From: Gemmatimonas sp. | GTDB taxonomy: Bacteria; Gemmatimonadota; Gemmatimonadetes; Gemmatimonadales; Gemmatimonadaceae | Length of the DNA stretch: 64,000 nucleotides | Assembly: GCA_031414535.1 (NCBI GenBank) | Contig: JANNVQ010000049.1 | Span: 134,292-198,291 of the forward strand | Direction: 5' to 3' | Part shown: positions 38,147 through 48,401 of the stretch, in pieces | Numbering within the stretch: position 1 is the stretch's first letter | Layout: every line of letters begins with the position of its first letter | The notes under the pieces: model-generated | Seen by the model: only the letters and a program-made list of their open reading frames with translations | Told to the model about the DNA's origin: nothing | Databases searched by the model: none | Position numbers and translations under genes: made by a program

Positions 38147-38241
38147 TCACTGTTGTGATGCCAAGTCGAACTCCCACAACGGCTTCCCAGTTCCCGTTCG
38201 GGGTAGCTGGACAAGGCTTGCTCGGGAGGTCTCGTCCAACT

Positions 38242-38337
38242 ATGCTTCCGCCCATGCTGCTGAACCGCCACCATCATGTGCATCATCGCCACGGCCCGAC
38301 GGGTCGAGGACGGACGTGCATGGCCGGGAGCCGGTAG
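38242..38337 (+). CDS. hisL: his operon leader peptide
   Basis: MLPPMLLNRHHHVHHRHGPTGRGRTCMAGSR*; 6 His in 8 codons; GGGAGG upstream; alternative start 38254. Confidence 0.82.
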   Translation: MLPPMLLNRHHHVHHRHGPTGRGRTCMAGSR

Positions 38338-38405
38338 AACAGGCTTCACGCGCAGCCGCCAAGCCCCTCGACCCGCCCGGACCGCCCGGACGGGTCTTTT
38401 CGTTT
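38300..38405 (+). promoter_or_regulatory. his attenuator (antiterminator plus terminator)
   Basis: Terminator GACCCGCCCGG-ACCGC-CCGGACGGGTC-TTTTCGTTT (38370-38405); CGGGTCGAGG (38300-38309) pairs with CCTCGACCCG (38366-38375). Confidence 0.82.
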
Positions 38406-38435
38406 GTCCTTACTTCGTCTCTCGCTCAACCGCCG

Positions 38436-39308
38436 ATGCTTCGTCTTGCCATTCCTAACAAGGGCCGCCTCCATGACGAGGCCCGGTCGCTACTCTCCGA
38501 CGCCGGACTTGAGGTGCGCGCCTCATCCGAACGCGCGCTCGTTGCCTCCCTCGGCGGCGAGTTCGAAGCCATCTTCGTCCGCGCGCAGGACATTCCCGAG
38601 TTCGTCGCGGACGGCGCTGCCGACGCCGGCATCACGGGTTGGGATTTGGTCAACGAGTCCGCGCGTTCGCTGGAGTCTCGTCTCGACCTCGGATTTGGTC
38701 GTTGCCGCTTAGTGGTCGCGGCTAAGGAGGAGTCCACTGTTCGCAGTCTCGCGGACGTTGCCGACGGGACGCGCGTGGCCTCGGTGTTTCCCCAGTTGAC
38801 CGCGCGCTTCTTTGCAGAGCTCGGAAAGCGCGTCGAGCTGGTGCCCGTGTCGGGGGCTGTGGAAATCGCGCCGCACTTGGGGATCGCCGACGTTATCGTG
38901 GATTTGACCTCCACCGGTTCCACGCTCCGCGTGAATGGCTTGCGTGAGATTGCGACTGTGCTGGAGTCCACGGCGCGGCTCATCGTCGCTGGACCGGCGA
39001 GCGGCCGTGCGCCCGTTGGCGATCGTGATCGTACGCTGCGCGAACTCGTGGATGCCTTATCGTCGGTGCTTGCCGCCCGTGGCCAGCGTTACCTAATGGC
39101 CAACGTGCCTCGCGCCCAGCTTGAGGAAGTGAAGCGCATTCTTCCGGGCATCTCTGGTCCCACCGTGATTGATGTCATGAACGGCGGCTCCAAGGTGGCC
39201 GTGCACGCGGTGTGCCCAGCCTCGGGCATCTATCGCACCATCAACGCATTGAAGGCGATTGGCGCCGAGGGCATCTTGGTCACCCGCATCGAACGGTTGC
39301 TCGCGTGA
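38436..39308 (+). CDS. hisG: ATP phosphoribosyltransferase (long form)
   Basis: LAIPNKGRL, VRAQDIP, GITGWD, DLTSTGSTL, C-terminal regulatory domain. Confidence 0.97.
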   Translation: MLRLAIPNKGRLHDEARSLLSDAGLEVRASSERALVASLGGEFEAIFVRAQDIPEFVADGAADAGITGWDLVNESARSLESRLDLGFGRCRLVVAAKEESTVRSLADVADGTRVASVFPQLTARFFAELGKRVELVPVSGAVEIAPHLGIADVIVDLTSTGSTLRVNGLREIATVLESTARLIVAGPASGRAPVGDRDRTLRELVDALSSVLAARGQRYLMANVPRAQLEEVKRILPGISGPTVIDVMNGGSKVAVHAVCPASGIYRTINALKAIGAEGILVTRIERLLA

Positions 39309-40615
39309 ACACTCTCTCGTTTGCGGCGCTCGGGACACTCGCGACGCTCGATGAGTCGGCGCGCCGCGCGTTATTTAATCGTAGTACGTCGAATGACGAG
39401 GGTGTGCGTACCCGAACCGCCGACATCATTGCCCGTGTGCGACGCGACGGCGACGCCGCGTTGCTCGCGTTCGCGCGTGAGTTTGATGGGGCATCACTCT
39501 CGGCCCTTGAAGTCCCGCGTGCGCGCTGGGACGCCGCCTTGGATGCATTGGACCCCTCGCTTCGGCGTGCGCTTGAGCGCGCGGCGACAAACATTCGAGC
39601 GGTTCATGAGGCGTTTCGCCCCACTGCGCGTGAAGTGACGACGGTGGATGGAGCGGTAATTGGTCGCCGACCCGACCCGCTCGCTCGAGTCGGCGTGTAC
39701 GCGCCCGGTGGGCGCGCGACGTATCCGAGTTCATTACTGATGGGCGCCATTCCGGCCCGCGTCGCCGGCGTGCGGGAGGTCATCGTCTGTTCGCCGCCGG
39801 ACGCTTCGGGATCGCCCAGCGCTGTGCTGCTGGCCGCCGCGGCCATCGCGGGGGTCGACCGCATGTTCGCCGTCGGTGGAGCCGGTGCGGTGGCGGCCAT
39901 GGCCTATGGGAGCGAATCGATTCCCGCAGTGGATCGCATCGTGGGACCTGGGAACGCGTACGTGGCCGAGGCCAAGTTGCAAGTCTCCGGAATGGTGGGC
40001 ATTGATTCACCAGCTGGGCCGAGCGAGTTGCTGGTTGTGGCGGATGCCTCCGCGAGTCCGTCCGTGGTGGCGCGTGAAATGCTTGCGCAGGCCGAGCATG
40101 ATCCGGTGGCCGCCGTGGTGTTGGTAACGGATTCACCGACTCTCGCCGCAGATGTTGAGCGTGAGCTCGAGACGCGCGTCGCGGCTGAGCCGCGCGCAAC
40201 GGTCATTCGCCAGGCCTTTGCGACCCGCGGTGGCATTGTTGTCGTGGACTCACTTGTTGACGCTGTCGAGTTCGCCAATCGTTGGGCAGCAGAACATTTG
40301 CTGCTGGCGGTCGCACCCTCTGTGCAGGATCGCATGCTTGCTGAGCTACGCAGTGCCGGCACCATCTTTGTTGGCGAGACGGCAAGCGTGGCCTTTGGCG
40401 ATTACATGAGTGGTGCCAATCACGTGCTGCCCACGGGTGGCCTCTCGCGCATTTGGTCTGGACTCTCCACGCTCGACTTCGTGCGCTGGACCACCTGGCA
40501 GCGCATTGATCGCGATGCGGCGCGTGCACTCGCTCGCGACGTGGACGTCTTTGCCACGGCCGAGGGCCTGCCCGCGCACGCCGCTGCCGCGCGTCAGTGG
40601 GAGGCGACGCCATGA
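39305..40615 (+). CDS. hisD: Histidinol dehydrogenase
   Basis: GVYAPGG, GPGNAYV, AGPSE, AQAEHD, DYMSGANHVLPT, EGLPAH. Confidence 0.97.
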   Translation: MNTLSFAALGTLATLDESARRALFNRSTSNDEGVRTRTADIIARVRRDGDAALLAFAREFDGASLSALEVPRARWDAALDALDPSLRRALERAATNIRAVHEAFRPTAREVTTVDGAVIGRRPDPLARVGVYAPGGRATYPSSLLMGAIPARVAGVREVIVCSPPDASGSPSAVLLAAAAIAGVDRMFAVGGAGAVAAMAYGSESIPAVDRIVGPGNAYVAEAKLQVSGMVGIDSPAGPSELLVVADASASPSVVAREMLAQAEHDPVAAVVLVTDSPTLAADVERELETRVAAEPRATVIRQAFATRGGIVVVDSLVDAVEFANRWAAEHLLLAVAPSVQDRMLAELRSAGTIFVGETASVAFGDYMSGANHVLPTGGLSRIWSGLSTLDFVRWTTWQRIDRDAARALARDVDVFATAEGLPAHAAAARQWEATP

Positions 40616-41658
40616 CATTCCGCGAAGACCTCTCGCAGATCCCACTCTACGCGCCGTCGGTACTTGCCGACGTCACGCTCGACCTGCGCGACAACGTGAA
40701 CCTCTGGGGCACGCCGCCAGCCGCATTACGTGCGGTGCAGGGCAGTGAGCTCGCCACAGTGCGCGAGTATCCCGCCGTGAGTGCTGGCGGATTGACGTCC
40801 GTACTTGCCTCGCAACTGGGATTGTCGCCCGCGAACATCGTCGGAGGCTGTGGGAGCGACGACGTGATTGACGCGTGTCTGCGCGCGGTTGGCGGCGTGG
40901 ATGGCAAGGTGGCGCACGCCGATCCGTCGTTTTCGATGGTGCCCACGTTTTCGCGACTGAACAAGCTGCGTCCCATAGCCGTGCCGCTGCGACGTGATGG
41001 CGCGATGGACGTGGATGGACTCTTGGCGACGGGCGCGCCATTCATCTATGCTTGCTCGCCGAACAATCCAACCGGTACCGTGACGCCACGCGACGAACTG
41101 CTGCGATTGTTCGATCAGGCGCCTGGCGTGGTCTTGCTCGACGAGGCGTACGCCGAGTTCACCGATGCGCACGATTTGCGCGTTGAGGCCGCCGGACGAG
41201 AGAACGTGTTGGTCACGCGCACCTTCTCAAAGGCTTGGGGTCTCGCTGGCTTGCGCATCGGTTATGGTGTTGGCGGAGCCGCGCTCGTCGCCGCGGTGAC
41301 CAAGGCGCGCGGCCCCTACAAGGTGAATAGCGTGGCGGAGCGCGCAGCGGTTGCGGCGTTGACCTCGGATGCGGACTGGGTGCGCGACAAGGCGACAGAG
41401 GCGCGCGCTTTGCGCGCGCGCCTCGCGGACGCGCTGCGTGGTCGGGTCGGTGTGAAGGTGTGGCCCTCGGAAGGAAATTTCGTGTTTCTTGAAGTCGCGG
41501 ATTCTGCGTCAGCCATCGCCGAGCGATTCCGTGCACAGGGCATCGGTGTGCGCGCCTTTTCCGGCCTACCGGGAATCGGCGAAGCGCTCCGCATCGGGCT
41601 TGCACCGTGGGCCGACTTGGAGCGCGTGCTGGCAGTAGCCAATGAGGTGTGGCCGTGA
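40612..41658 (+). CDS. hisC: Histidinol-phosphate aminotransferase
   Basis: GSDD, SPNNPTG, DEAYAEF, RTFSKAWGLAGLRIGY. Confidence 0.95.
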   Translation: MTFREDLSQIPLYAPSVLADVTLDLRDNVNLWGTPPAALRAVQGSELATVREYPAVSAGGLTSVLASQLGLSPANIVGGCGSDDVIDACLRAVGGVDGKVAHADPSFSMVPTFSRLNKLRPIAVPLRRDGAMDVDGLLATGAPFIYACSPNNPTGTVTPRDELLRLFDQAPGVVLLDEAYAEFTDAHDLRVEAAGRENVLVTRTFSKAWGLAGLRIGYGVGGAALVAAVTKARGPYKVNSVAERAAVAALTSDADWVRDKATEARALRARLADALRGRVGVKVWPSEGNFVFLEVADSASAIAERFRAQGIGVRAFSGLPGIGEALRIGLAPWADLERVLAVANEVWP

Positions 41659-42281
41659 TGCGCGTAACTGTCTTCGATTACGGCGCCGGGAATCTGCATT
41701 CGCTCGTCAAGACACTCGCGGGACCTGTCCGGAGTGTACGCGTGGAGACCAACGCGAGCACGGCCGTGCTTGATACCGATGTGTTGGTACTGCCCGGAGT
41801 CGGGGCATTCGCGCCGGCGGCGGCGCGCTTGGCCGTGGGGCGGCTTGCGATGCGGGACGCGATACTCGGAGGCTTGCCGACGCTCGGCATCTGCCTCGGT
41901 ATGCAGTTGCTGTTCGACGACAGCGAGGAAGGCGATGGACTTGGGCTCGGCGTGATCAAAGGGCGCGTGACCAAGCTGAGCGCGGCGCGATTGCCGCAGA
42001 TTGGCTGGAATGCGCTGGAGTCGGCGACGGACCCGCTGTTCGCGACGAGCGGCCTGGATATCGCATACTATGCCAACAGCTTTGCCTGTCGCGCGCTGGA
42101 TGCGTCGGCCGTGACGGCGTGGTCCGAACATGGTGGCGATCGCTTTCCCGCTGCCGTGCGGCATGGTAACTGTGTAGGCGTGCAGTTTCATCCTGAAAAG
42201 AGCTCAACACCTGGCCTGCGCTTCGTTAATGCCTTTCTTGACGAAGCGGGGCGCACTTTGAACCGACCTGAGAACAACTGA
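41658..42281 (+). CDS. hisH: IGP synthase glutaminase subunit
   Basis: DYGAGNL, LPGVGAF, GICLGMQ, QFHPEKS. Confidence 0.96.
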   Translation: MRVTVFDYGAGNLHSLVKTLAGPVRSVRVETNASTAVLDTDVLVLPGVGAFAPAAARLAVGRLAMRDAILGGLPTLGICLGMQLLFDDSEEGDGLGLGVIKGRVTKLSAARLPQIGWNALESATDPLFATSGLDIAYYANSFACRALDASAVTAWSEHGGDRFPAAVRHGNCVGVQFHPEKSSTPGLRFVNAFLDEAGRTLNRPENN

Positions 42282-42994
42282 TGCTAGCGATTCCAGCAAT
42301 TGATCTGCGCGATGGCCACTGTGTGCAGTTGGTAGGCGGTGACTATGCCAAGGAAGCAGTTCGGCTCGACGAACCACTGCTCGTGGCCCAACGATGGGTC
42401 GCGGCGGGTTTCAGTCGTCTGCACTTGGTAGACCTCGACGCAGCCACCGGCCGTGGCAACAACCGGGATTTGATTCGCGAGATTCTCACGCGCAGCGGTG
42501 TCCCTGCGCAGGTAGGTGGCGGCATCCGCGACGAGGAGGCCTTGGCCACCCTGCTCGACGATGGTGCTGAGTACGTGGTGGTCGGCACGCGTGGCGTAGA
42601 AGATCCGGAGTGGTTGGCGGAGCAGACTGAGCGCTTTCCGCAGCGCATCGTCCTCGCGGCGGATGTGAATCTCCGCACGGTCGTCACGCGTGGGTGGGCC
42701 AAGGAGACCTCGCGCGAGGTGCTGGACTTGATCCGTGAGCTTGAGCACTTGTCACTCGCTGGTCTGCTGGTGACCGCCGTCCACAAGGAAGGCAAGATGC
42801 AGGGTACGGATCTGGCCTTGATGGCCGATGTCGTGGACGCCGCGCCTTGGCCGGTCATTGCCTCCGGCGGCGTGAGCTCGATGCTGGACCTCCAGGCGCT
42901 GGAAGATCGCGGCGTGGCTGCGGCGGTGCTCGGAATGGCCCTTTATACAGATGCGCTCGACGCTCGCGTCGTCGCCGAGGAGTTTGCCGAATGA
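42281..42994 (+). CDS. hisA: ProFAR isomerase
   Basis: IPAIDLRDG.CV, HLVDLD, QVGGGIR, IASGGV. Confidence 0.95.
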   Translation: MLAIPAIDLRDGHCVQLVGGDYAKEAVRLDEPLLVAQRWVAAGFSRLHLVDLDAATGRGNNRDLIREILTRSGVPAQVGGGIRDEEALATLLDDGAEYVVVGTRGVEDPEWLAEQTERFPQRIVLAADVNLRTVVTRGWAKETSREVLDLIRELEHLSLAGLLVTAVHKEGKMQGTDLALMADVVDAAPWPVIASGGVSSMLDLQALEDRGVAAAVLGMALYTDALDARVVAEEFAE

Positions 42995-43554
42995 GCAAGG
43001 CGAGTAAAACCGAGAAGCCGATTGTTGTGGAGCGCTCCACCAAAGAGACACAGATTCGCGTGGAGGCCAAGCTCGGTACGGGAGTCGCGGTGGTGGACAC
43101 CTCCGTGCCCTTTCTCGACCACATGATGACGGCGCTCGCCAAGTACAGCGGCGTGGATCTCACAATCCATGCGCGCGGTGACATGCGGCATCACCTCATT
43201 GAGGATGTGGCGCTCACCGTTGGCCCGGCGATGGCCAAGGTGATGCCCGCCACAGCGGCGCGTTATGGCGATTGTACGGTGCCAATGGATGAAGCCCTGG
43301 TGCAGGCGGTGCTTGATGTGGGCGGGCGCCCCTTCTACGAAGGGCCGATTCCGAGTTCGCTTTACGATCACTGGATGCGTTCGTTCTGCGATGCCGCCAA
43401 GTTCACTTTGCATATCCGCGTGCTGCGGGGCGAGGATCGCCACCACATTGTGGAAGCCGCATTCAAGGCCCTCGGCTTTGCCATTCGGGATGCCGCGCGC
43501 GATAGTGGCGCGGTGTTCTCGACCAAGGGCGCCATCGCGCTGGAGGTCGAGTGA
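42991..43554 (+). CDS. hisB: Imidazoleglycerol-phosphate dehydratase
   Basis: [36 protein letters not shown]. Confidence 0.95.
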   Translation: MSKASKTEKPIVVERSTKETQIRVEAKLGTGVAVVDTSVPFLDHMMTALAKYSGVDLTIHARGDMRHHLIEDVALTVGPAMAKVMPATAARYGDCTVPMDEALVQAVLDVGGRPFYEGPIPSSLYDHWMRSFCDAAKFTLHIRVLRGEDRHHIVEAAFKALGFAIRDAARDSGAVFSTKGAIALEVE

Positions 43555-44333
43555 GTCTGACGCGACGGCTTATCGTGTGCCTCGACGTTGACCAAGGCCG
43601 CGTGGTGAAGGGCACACAGTTCGTTGGCCTTCGTGATGTGGGTGATCCCGTTGAGCTTGCCATGCGCTACGAATCCGAGGGTGCGGACGAGATCGTGTTC
43701 CTCGACATCACCGCGACGCACGAGCAGCGCAGCACCACGCTTGCGCTCGCGCGCCGCACTGCGGAGCGCCTGTTTATTCCGTTGACGATCGGGGGAGGCA
43801 TCGATTCTGTGACGGCGATGTCTGCCGCCTTACGTGCCGGTGCCGACAAGGTCGGCGTAAACAGCGCAGCGGTGCGACGTCCGGAATTGATTACGGAAGG
43901 CGCCGAGCGCTTTGGCGCGCAGTGCATCGTGGCGAGCATAGATGCCAAGCGCGATGGTGATCGCTGGCGGGTCTACGTGGCAGGCGGGCGGACGCCAACG
44001 GAGCTCGATGCCGTGGAATGGGCCGTGCGCTGCGCCGCGCTGGGAGCCGGCGAGATTCTGCTCACGAGCATTGATCGGGATGGTGCACGTACTGGTTACG
44101 ACCTCGATCTGACGCGGGCGGTTTCCGCGGCGGTGAGCGTGCCGGTCATTGCGTCGGGTGGCGCCGGCCACGCTTCGCACGTGTGCGCCGCTATTACGGA
44201 GGGTGGAGCAGACGCCGCGCTGGTGGCGGGCATCCTCCACGACGGCACGACCAGTGTAGGCACGCTCAAGCGGGCGATGCGGGCGGCTCGAGTGCCCGTG
44301 CGCAATGTGCCCGTGCCCGAGGTGGCCGCGTGA
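43551..44333 (+). CDS. hisF: IGP synthase cyclase subunit
   Basis: [36 protein letters not shown]. Confidence 0.97.
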   Translation: MSLTRRLIVCLDVDQGRVVKGTQFVGLRDVGDPVELAMRYESEGADEIVFLDITATHEQRSTTLALARRTAERLFIPLTIGGGIDSVTAMSAALRAGADKVGVNSAAVRRPELITEGAERFGAQCIVASIDAKRDGDRWRVYVAGGRTPTELDAVEWAVRCAALGAGEILLTSIDRDGARTGYDLDLTRAVSAAVSVPVIASGGAGHASHVCAAITEGGADAALVAGILHDGTTSVGTLKRAMRAARVPVRNVPVPEVAA

Positions 44334-45091
44334 GCAACGAACTCCTCAACGCGGCATCGGAACTGGCGCGCCATATCGGCGCGGTGGCGCTCACGCATTA
44401 CCGCTCCTTGTTGACGGTGGAAACCAAACCGGATGGATCTCCAGTGACAATTGCTGACCGGGAGTCCGAGCAGGCCGCGCGCGATTGGCTCGCGACGCGA
44501 TACCCAAACGATGCCATCCTCGGCGAGGAGATGGGCGAAAAGCCGGGAACGAGTGGGCGGAAATGGGTGATCGACCCAATTGATGGCACGAAGTCTTTTG
44601 TTCGCGGTGTTCCGCTCTGGGGATCGCTTGTGGCGCTGGTGGAAGGCGAGCGTGTGTTGGCTGGCGCGGCATTTTTTCCTGCCGTTGATGAACTGGTTGC
44701 GGCAGCACCTGGCGAGGGCTGTTGGTGGAATGGTCAGCGCGCGCGTGTGAGTGACTGCTCGACGCTGGCCGGTGCCACCGTGCTCATTACGGACGAGCGT
44801 ACCTTCAGGCAGCGAAGCAAGCTCGATGGCTGGCGCACGCTGATTGGTGAAGCATCCATCGCTCGCACCTGGGGCGACTGCTACGGGTATTTGCTTGTTG
44901 CGACTGGCCGGGCGGAAGCCATGGTGGACCCAATCGTGAATCCCTGGGATGCGGCCTGCTTCCAGCCCATCATCGAGGAAGCTGGCGGTGTGTTCACGGA
45001 CCTGAACGGCGTGCACTCCGCCTTCAGAGGCTCCGCGATTGCGAGCAATGCGGCGCTCGCTCCTACCATTCGAGACTATTTCGATGATTGA
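44330..45091 (+). CDS. hisN: Histidinol-phosphatase, inositol monophosphatase family
   Basis: [34 protein letters not shown]; inside the his operon. Confidence 0.9.
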   Translation: MSNELLNAASELARHIGAVALTHYRSLLTVETKPDGSPVTIADRESEQAARDWLATRYPNDAILGEEMGEKPGTSGRKWVIDPIDGTKSFVRGVPLWGSLVALVEGERVLAGAAFFPAVDELVAAAPGEGCWWNGQRARVSDCSTLAGATVLITDERTFRQRSKLDGWRTLIGEASIARTWGDCYGYLLVATGRAEAMVDPIVNPWDAACFQPIIEEAGGVFTDLNGVHSAFRGSAIASNAALAPTIRDYFDD

Positions 45092-45683
45092 TATTGGGAC
45101 GCTGGATTTTGCGAAGGGCAATGGCCTCATCACGGTCCTGGCGCAGGATGTGCGCACCGGAGGGGTGTTGATGGTGGCCTTCGCGGATCGTGAGGCGATG
45201 GAACGCACGGTGGCGAGTGGCGAGTTGCATCTGTTCAGTCGGTCACGCGGGCCCTGGCACAAGGGTGCAACGAGCGGCAACGTGTTGCGCGTGCGCGCGC
45301 TGAGGGCTGACTGCGACGCCGACACCGTGCTCGCTCACGTGGAGCCGGCGGGCCCGGCCTGCCACACCGGAACACGCAGCTGCTTCGGCGAGATTCCCCT
45401 TGGTGATGCTCTTAGTGCGCTCGACGCCACAATTGCGGCACGCATGTCATCGGAGGCGCCGGTGGGAACGGGCTACACGCAGCGTCTGCTCGCTGACCGC
45501 AATTTGCGGCTCAAGAAAATCGGCGAAGAGGCGAGTGAACTCGTGACGGCGTGCGCTGACGGAGACAGAGCGCGCGCTACGGAAGAGGCGGCGGACCTCA
45601 TCTACCACGCACTCGTGGCGCTGCGTGCCGTGGGCGGAACGCTTGATGGGGTGCGCACCGTGCTCGACGCACGCGCGCGCTGA
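45084..45683 (+). CDS. hisIE: Bifunctional PR-AMP cyclohydrolase/PR-ATP pyrophosphatase
   Basis: SRSR..W.KG.TSGN, DCDAD, ACHTG..SCF, KKIGEE, EAADLIYH. Confidence 0.96.
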   Translation: MIDIGTLDFAKGNGLITVLAQDVRTGGVLMVAFADREAMERTVASGELHLFSRSRGPWHKGATSGNVLRVRALRADCDADTVLAHVEPAGPACHTGTRSCFGEIPLGDALSALDATIAARMSSEAPVGTGYTQRLLADRNLRLKKIGEEASELVTACADGDRARATEEAADLIYHALVALRAVGGTLDGVRTVLDARAR

Positions 45684-45696
45684 CCCCTGCGCTGCG

Positions 45697-46992
45697 CTAG
45701 AAGCCCATCATGCGAAAGCGATTCACCTGCTGCGGGTTTCCGATGTACGCGAAGCGAATATCCCGCATGTAGCGGCGTGCCACGCGCTGCACATCCTCGC
45801 CCGTGACCGCGCGCAAGTCGGCCACAAAGCGTTCTGCGGCGCGGAAGTCCCCTCGGTACAGCTCTGCGCGCGCGAGAAAGTCGGCCTGCGCGCCCGAGGT
45901 CTCATTATCCATGAAGTATTCCGTGAGGAACTGTTGGATAAGCGGACGCAGGTTCTCCGTAGGAATGGTGAAACTCTGCAGGTTGCGAATCTCGACCTTC
46001 ATCAGGCCCAGCGTCGTGTCTGGGCGTGTGGTGGTGACGTAGAGGCCGCCCGAAGTCAGGGCCTGGTCCCGGAACCTCGCCTCAACCGCGTAGGTCAGAT
46101 TGCGGCGCGAACGAATCTCGCTGAATAGTCGGCCGGAGAGAATGGCATTCGCGACTCGGAAGGCGGGCACATCCGGATGATTCGCCGGCGGGCCCTCGTA
46201 CCATCCCAAGATGTAGTTCGTGGGCAATCGACGCGGCTCAATGTAGACGTTGGGTCCGACGCGTACCGCGCCCGCGGGGGGTGCCGCCCAGCGATAGTCA
46301 CCTCGCGGCAGTGTGGCCAACGTCCCGCGCACCATCGTCTGTAGCTTGGCACGCGGGATGTTGCCCACCACCACCAACATCATGCGCGAACGCACGAACT
46401 GCTCGCGGTGAAAGGCGAGCATCTGCTCGCGCGTGATGGCGCGCACGGACGCCGAGGTCCCAACGGGAGAGAGGCCGTACGGCTGTCCGACGAAGGCCAC
46501 GCTATCCGCGAGATACTCCAAAAGCGCATCAGGGGAATCCACGCGCTGATCGAGACCCGACGCGCGAGTGTCGCGTATGAATTCGACGTCTGCCGCCAAG
46601 AGGGATGGCTGCAAGAGACGATCGGTATAGATGCTCCACGTGGAGTCGAGTTGGTCCGTGGTGGTTCGAAGACCAAAAATGGTCCAGTCCGGATGCGGAA
46701 TCACGCCTATCTCGCTACCGGTGCGGGCCATCGCGCGGCGCAGTTGATCGCCCGGGTATCGTTGCGTACCGCGCTCGCTGACTTCGAGCAGCATGGTCTC
46801 AAGGCCAGCGGTGCGCGGCGTTGCGAGTTGCACGCCACCGAGCATATACAGGTTTGCGACGACGAGATTGTTATTGGTCTGCCGATGGATCACGCGGACA
46901 CCGTCCACGTCGAAGCGGATAGTGCCGGTATCGGGCAATGATTGCGCTGACAGCGTGCCGGCGACGAATGCGAGCAGGAGGAGCAATCGCAT
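45697..46992 (-). CDS. M16 peptidase, non-catalytic subunit
   Basis: M16 fold without HXXEH; SGRLFSEIR..RNLTY; paired with the catalytic subunit. Confidence 0.88.
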   Translation of the reverse strand: MRLLLLLAFVAGTLSAQSLPDTGTIRFDVDGVRVIHRQTNNNLVVANLYMLGGVQLATPRTAGLETMLLEVSERGTQRYPGDQLRRAMARTGSEIGVIPHPDWTIFGLRTTTDQLDSTWSIYTDRLLQPSLLAADVEFIRDTRASGLDQRVDSPDALLEYLADSVAFVGQPYGLSPVGTSASVRAITREQMLAFHREQFVRSRMMLVVVGNIPRAKLQTMVRGTLATLPRGDYRWAAPPAGAVRVGPNVYIEPRRLPTNYILGWYEGPPANHPDVPAFRVANAILSGRLFSEIRSRRNLTYAVEARFRDQALTSGGLYVTTTRPDTTLGLMKVEIRNLQSFTIPTENLRPLIQQFLTEYFMDNETSGAQADFLARAELYRGDFRAAERFVADLRAVTGEDVQRVARRYMRDIRFAYIGNPQQVNRFRMMGF

Positions 46993-48398
46993 CAGCGGTC
47001 ACCCCCGATATTGGCGAGTTCAGTCTCGGTGAGATTGAGCGCGCGCATGGTACCGCGCGGCAGCATCACGCCTGTGATGTGCGGCTTTCCGATGATAAAG
47101 CTGCGGGCATAGTTCTGCAGGTCCGCGGGCGTTTGCCCCGCCATCTCATCGATATAGCGCAGGTGATACTCCAGACCCACCACACCCCACCAGAATCCGA
47201 TGGTGTGAGAATTCTCCGTGGCGCGCTCTTGACCAAACGCGGTAGACACCGCGCGATGCGCCTTCACGGCCTCAAGTTCCTCGGCCACGAAGTAGTTGGG
47301 TTCCAGCGTCGCGCGAAGTTCTCGGTGGAGCGCGGCGAGTGCCTCACGCAGCTGTTCCGGCGAGGTTTGACCGCTGACGGTGATGGGACCGACGTGATTG
47401 AGCGTGTAATAGTTGACCACGATGCCCTGCCAGAGCCCGCTCTCGACTAGGCGCTCCTGGAAGCGGGAGGTGGGCTGGTTGAGCACATCGGAATACACGT
47501 CTGCGGCAAAGGTGGCCGCTTCGTCCTTGGACGCGCTTGGACCATGCCATTGGATTTGCACGGTCACTGCGTTCACGTCCTCCTCGACGATGATTCCCGC
47601 GTTCTCGCGCAATGGGGGGACATTGGGAACCGGCGCACTGGCGAAGGGATCGGGGCCACGCGGCCAATCGCCAAACACGCGCTCCGCGAGAGCGAACATA
47701 GCCGCGGCCTGGACATCACCTGCAACGATGACGGCGGAGTTGTTGGGGACATAGTAGATGTTGCGGATGGTCCGCATCTGCTCAGGCGTCACGTTCTGCA
47801 GGACGGTTCGATCACCGATCGTATTCTTCCGACTCCAGAAGCTGCCCCAGAGGCGACGCCCGATTGTCTCATCCAAACGAAAGAAGGGTGAGGACTCCGC
47901 GCGATCGTACTCCCCGAGTACTACTTGTTTCTCGCGCGCGAGTTCGTCGGCGCGGAACTGGGCACCCCGAAGCGCTGCGTTGAGGAAGCGCATGCCCCCT
48001 TCCACGGAATCCGAGACCACCGTCACGTAATAGTTGACGAGCTCTTCCCGCGTCGTGGCGTTAAACAGCGCACCCAAGTCGGCGGCGCGGTCAATGAAAG
48101 CGTCCGGCTCCGGGTAGGTGTCGTTCGCCTTGAAAAACATGTGCTCAAAGAGGTGCGCGAGCCCGGCATACTCTGGCGGCTGTGTGAAGGCCCCGTTCTT
48201 CACGACAAGTTCAACCGTAGCGAGTGGCACGCCGCCGCTGGGCACCACGATGATTTCCAACCCGTTCGGCAGGACCTTTCGGCTGATTGTGCGCTCGAGT
48301 TCGGCGCGCTGCGCCGTGGCCTCGGCTGGCCATAGCGCCACCAGCATGAGCGCGGCAGCGCTAGCGATGCGCACGAGGCGCGCGTTGATTTCCCTCAT
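46992..48398 (-). CDS. M16 zinc peptidase, catalytic subunit
   Basis: LPNGL, GLAHLFEHMFFK, NATT, YYVPNN. Confidence 0.92.
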   Translation of the reverse strand: MREINARLVRIASAAALMLVALWPAEATAQRAELERTISRKVLPNGLEIIVVPSGGVPLATVELVVKNGAFTQPPEYAGLAHLFEHMFFKANDTYPEPDAFIDRAADLGALFNATTREELVNYYVTVVSDSVEGGMRFLNAALRGAQFRADELAREKQVVLGEYDRAESSPFFRLDETIGRRLWGSFWSRKNTIGDRTVLQNVTPEQMRTIRNIYYVPNNSAVIVAGDVQAAAMFALAERVFGDWPRGPDPFASAPVPNVPPLRENAGIIVEEDVNAVTVQIQWHGPSASKDEAATFAADVYSDVLNQPTSRFQERLVESGLWQGIVVNYYTLNHVGPITVSGQTSPEQLREALAALHRELRATLEPNYFVAEELEAVKAHRAVSTAFGQERATENSHTIGFWWGVVGLEYHLRYIDEMAGQTPADLQNYARSFIIGKPHITGVMLPRGTMRALNLTETELANIGGDR

Positions 48399-48401
48399 CC
48401 T

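Noticed and set aside
38059..38349. Long N-terminal extension of the cupredoxin ORF, and of hisG from 38103
   Set aside because: RBS and lipoprotein signal place the cupredoxin start at 38058 and hisG homology starts at 38436. The region holds promoters and the his leader.
44096..45325. 409-aa minus-strand ORF and similar long antisense ORFs elsewhere
   Set aside because: They overlap well-supported genes on the other strand and have no motifs.
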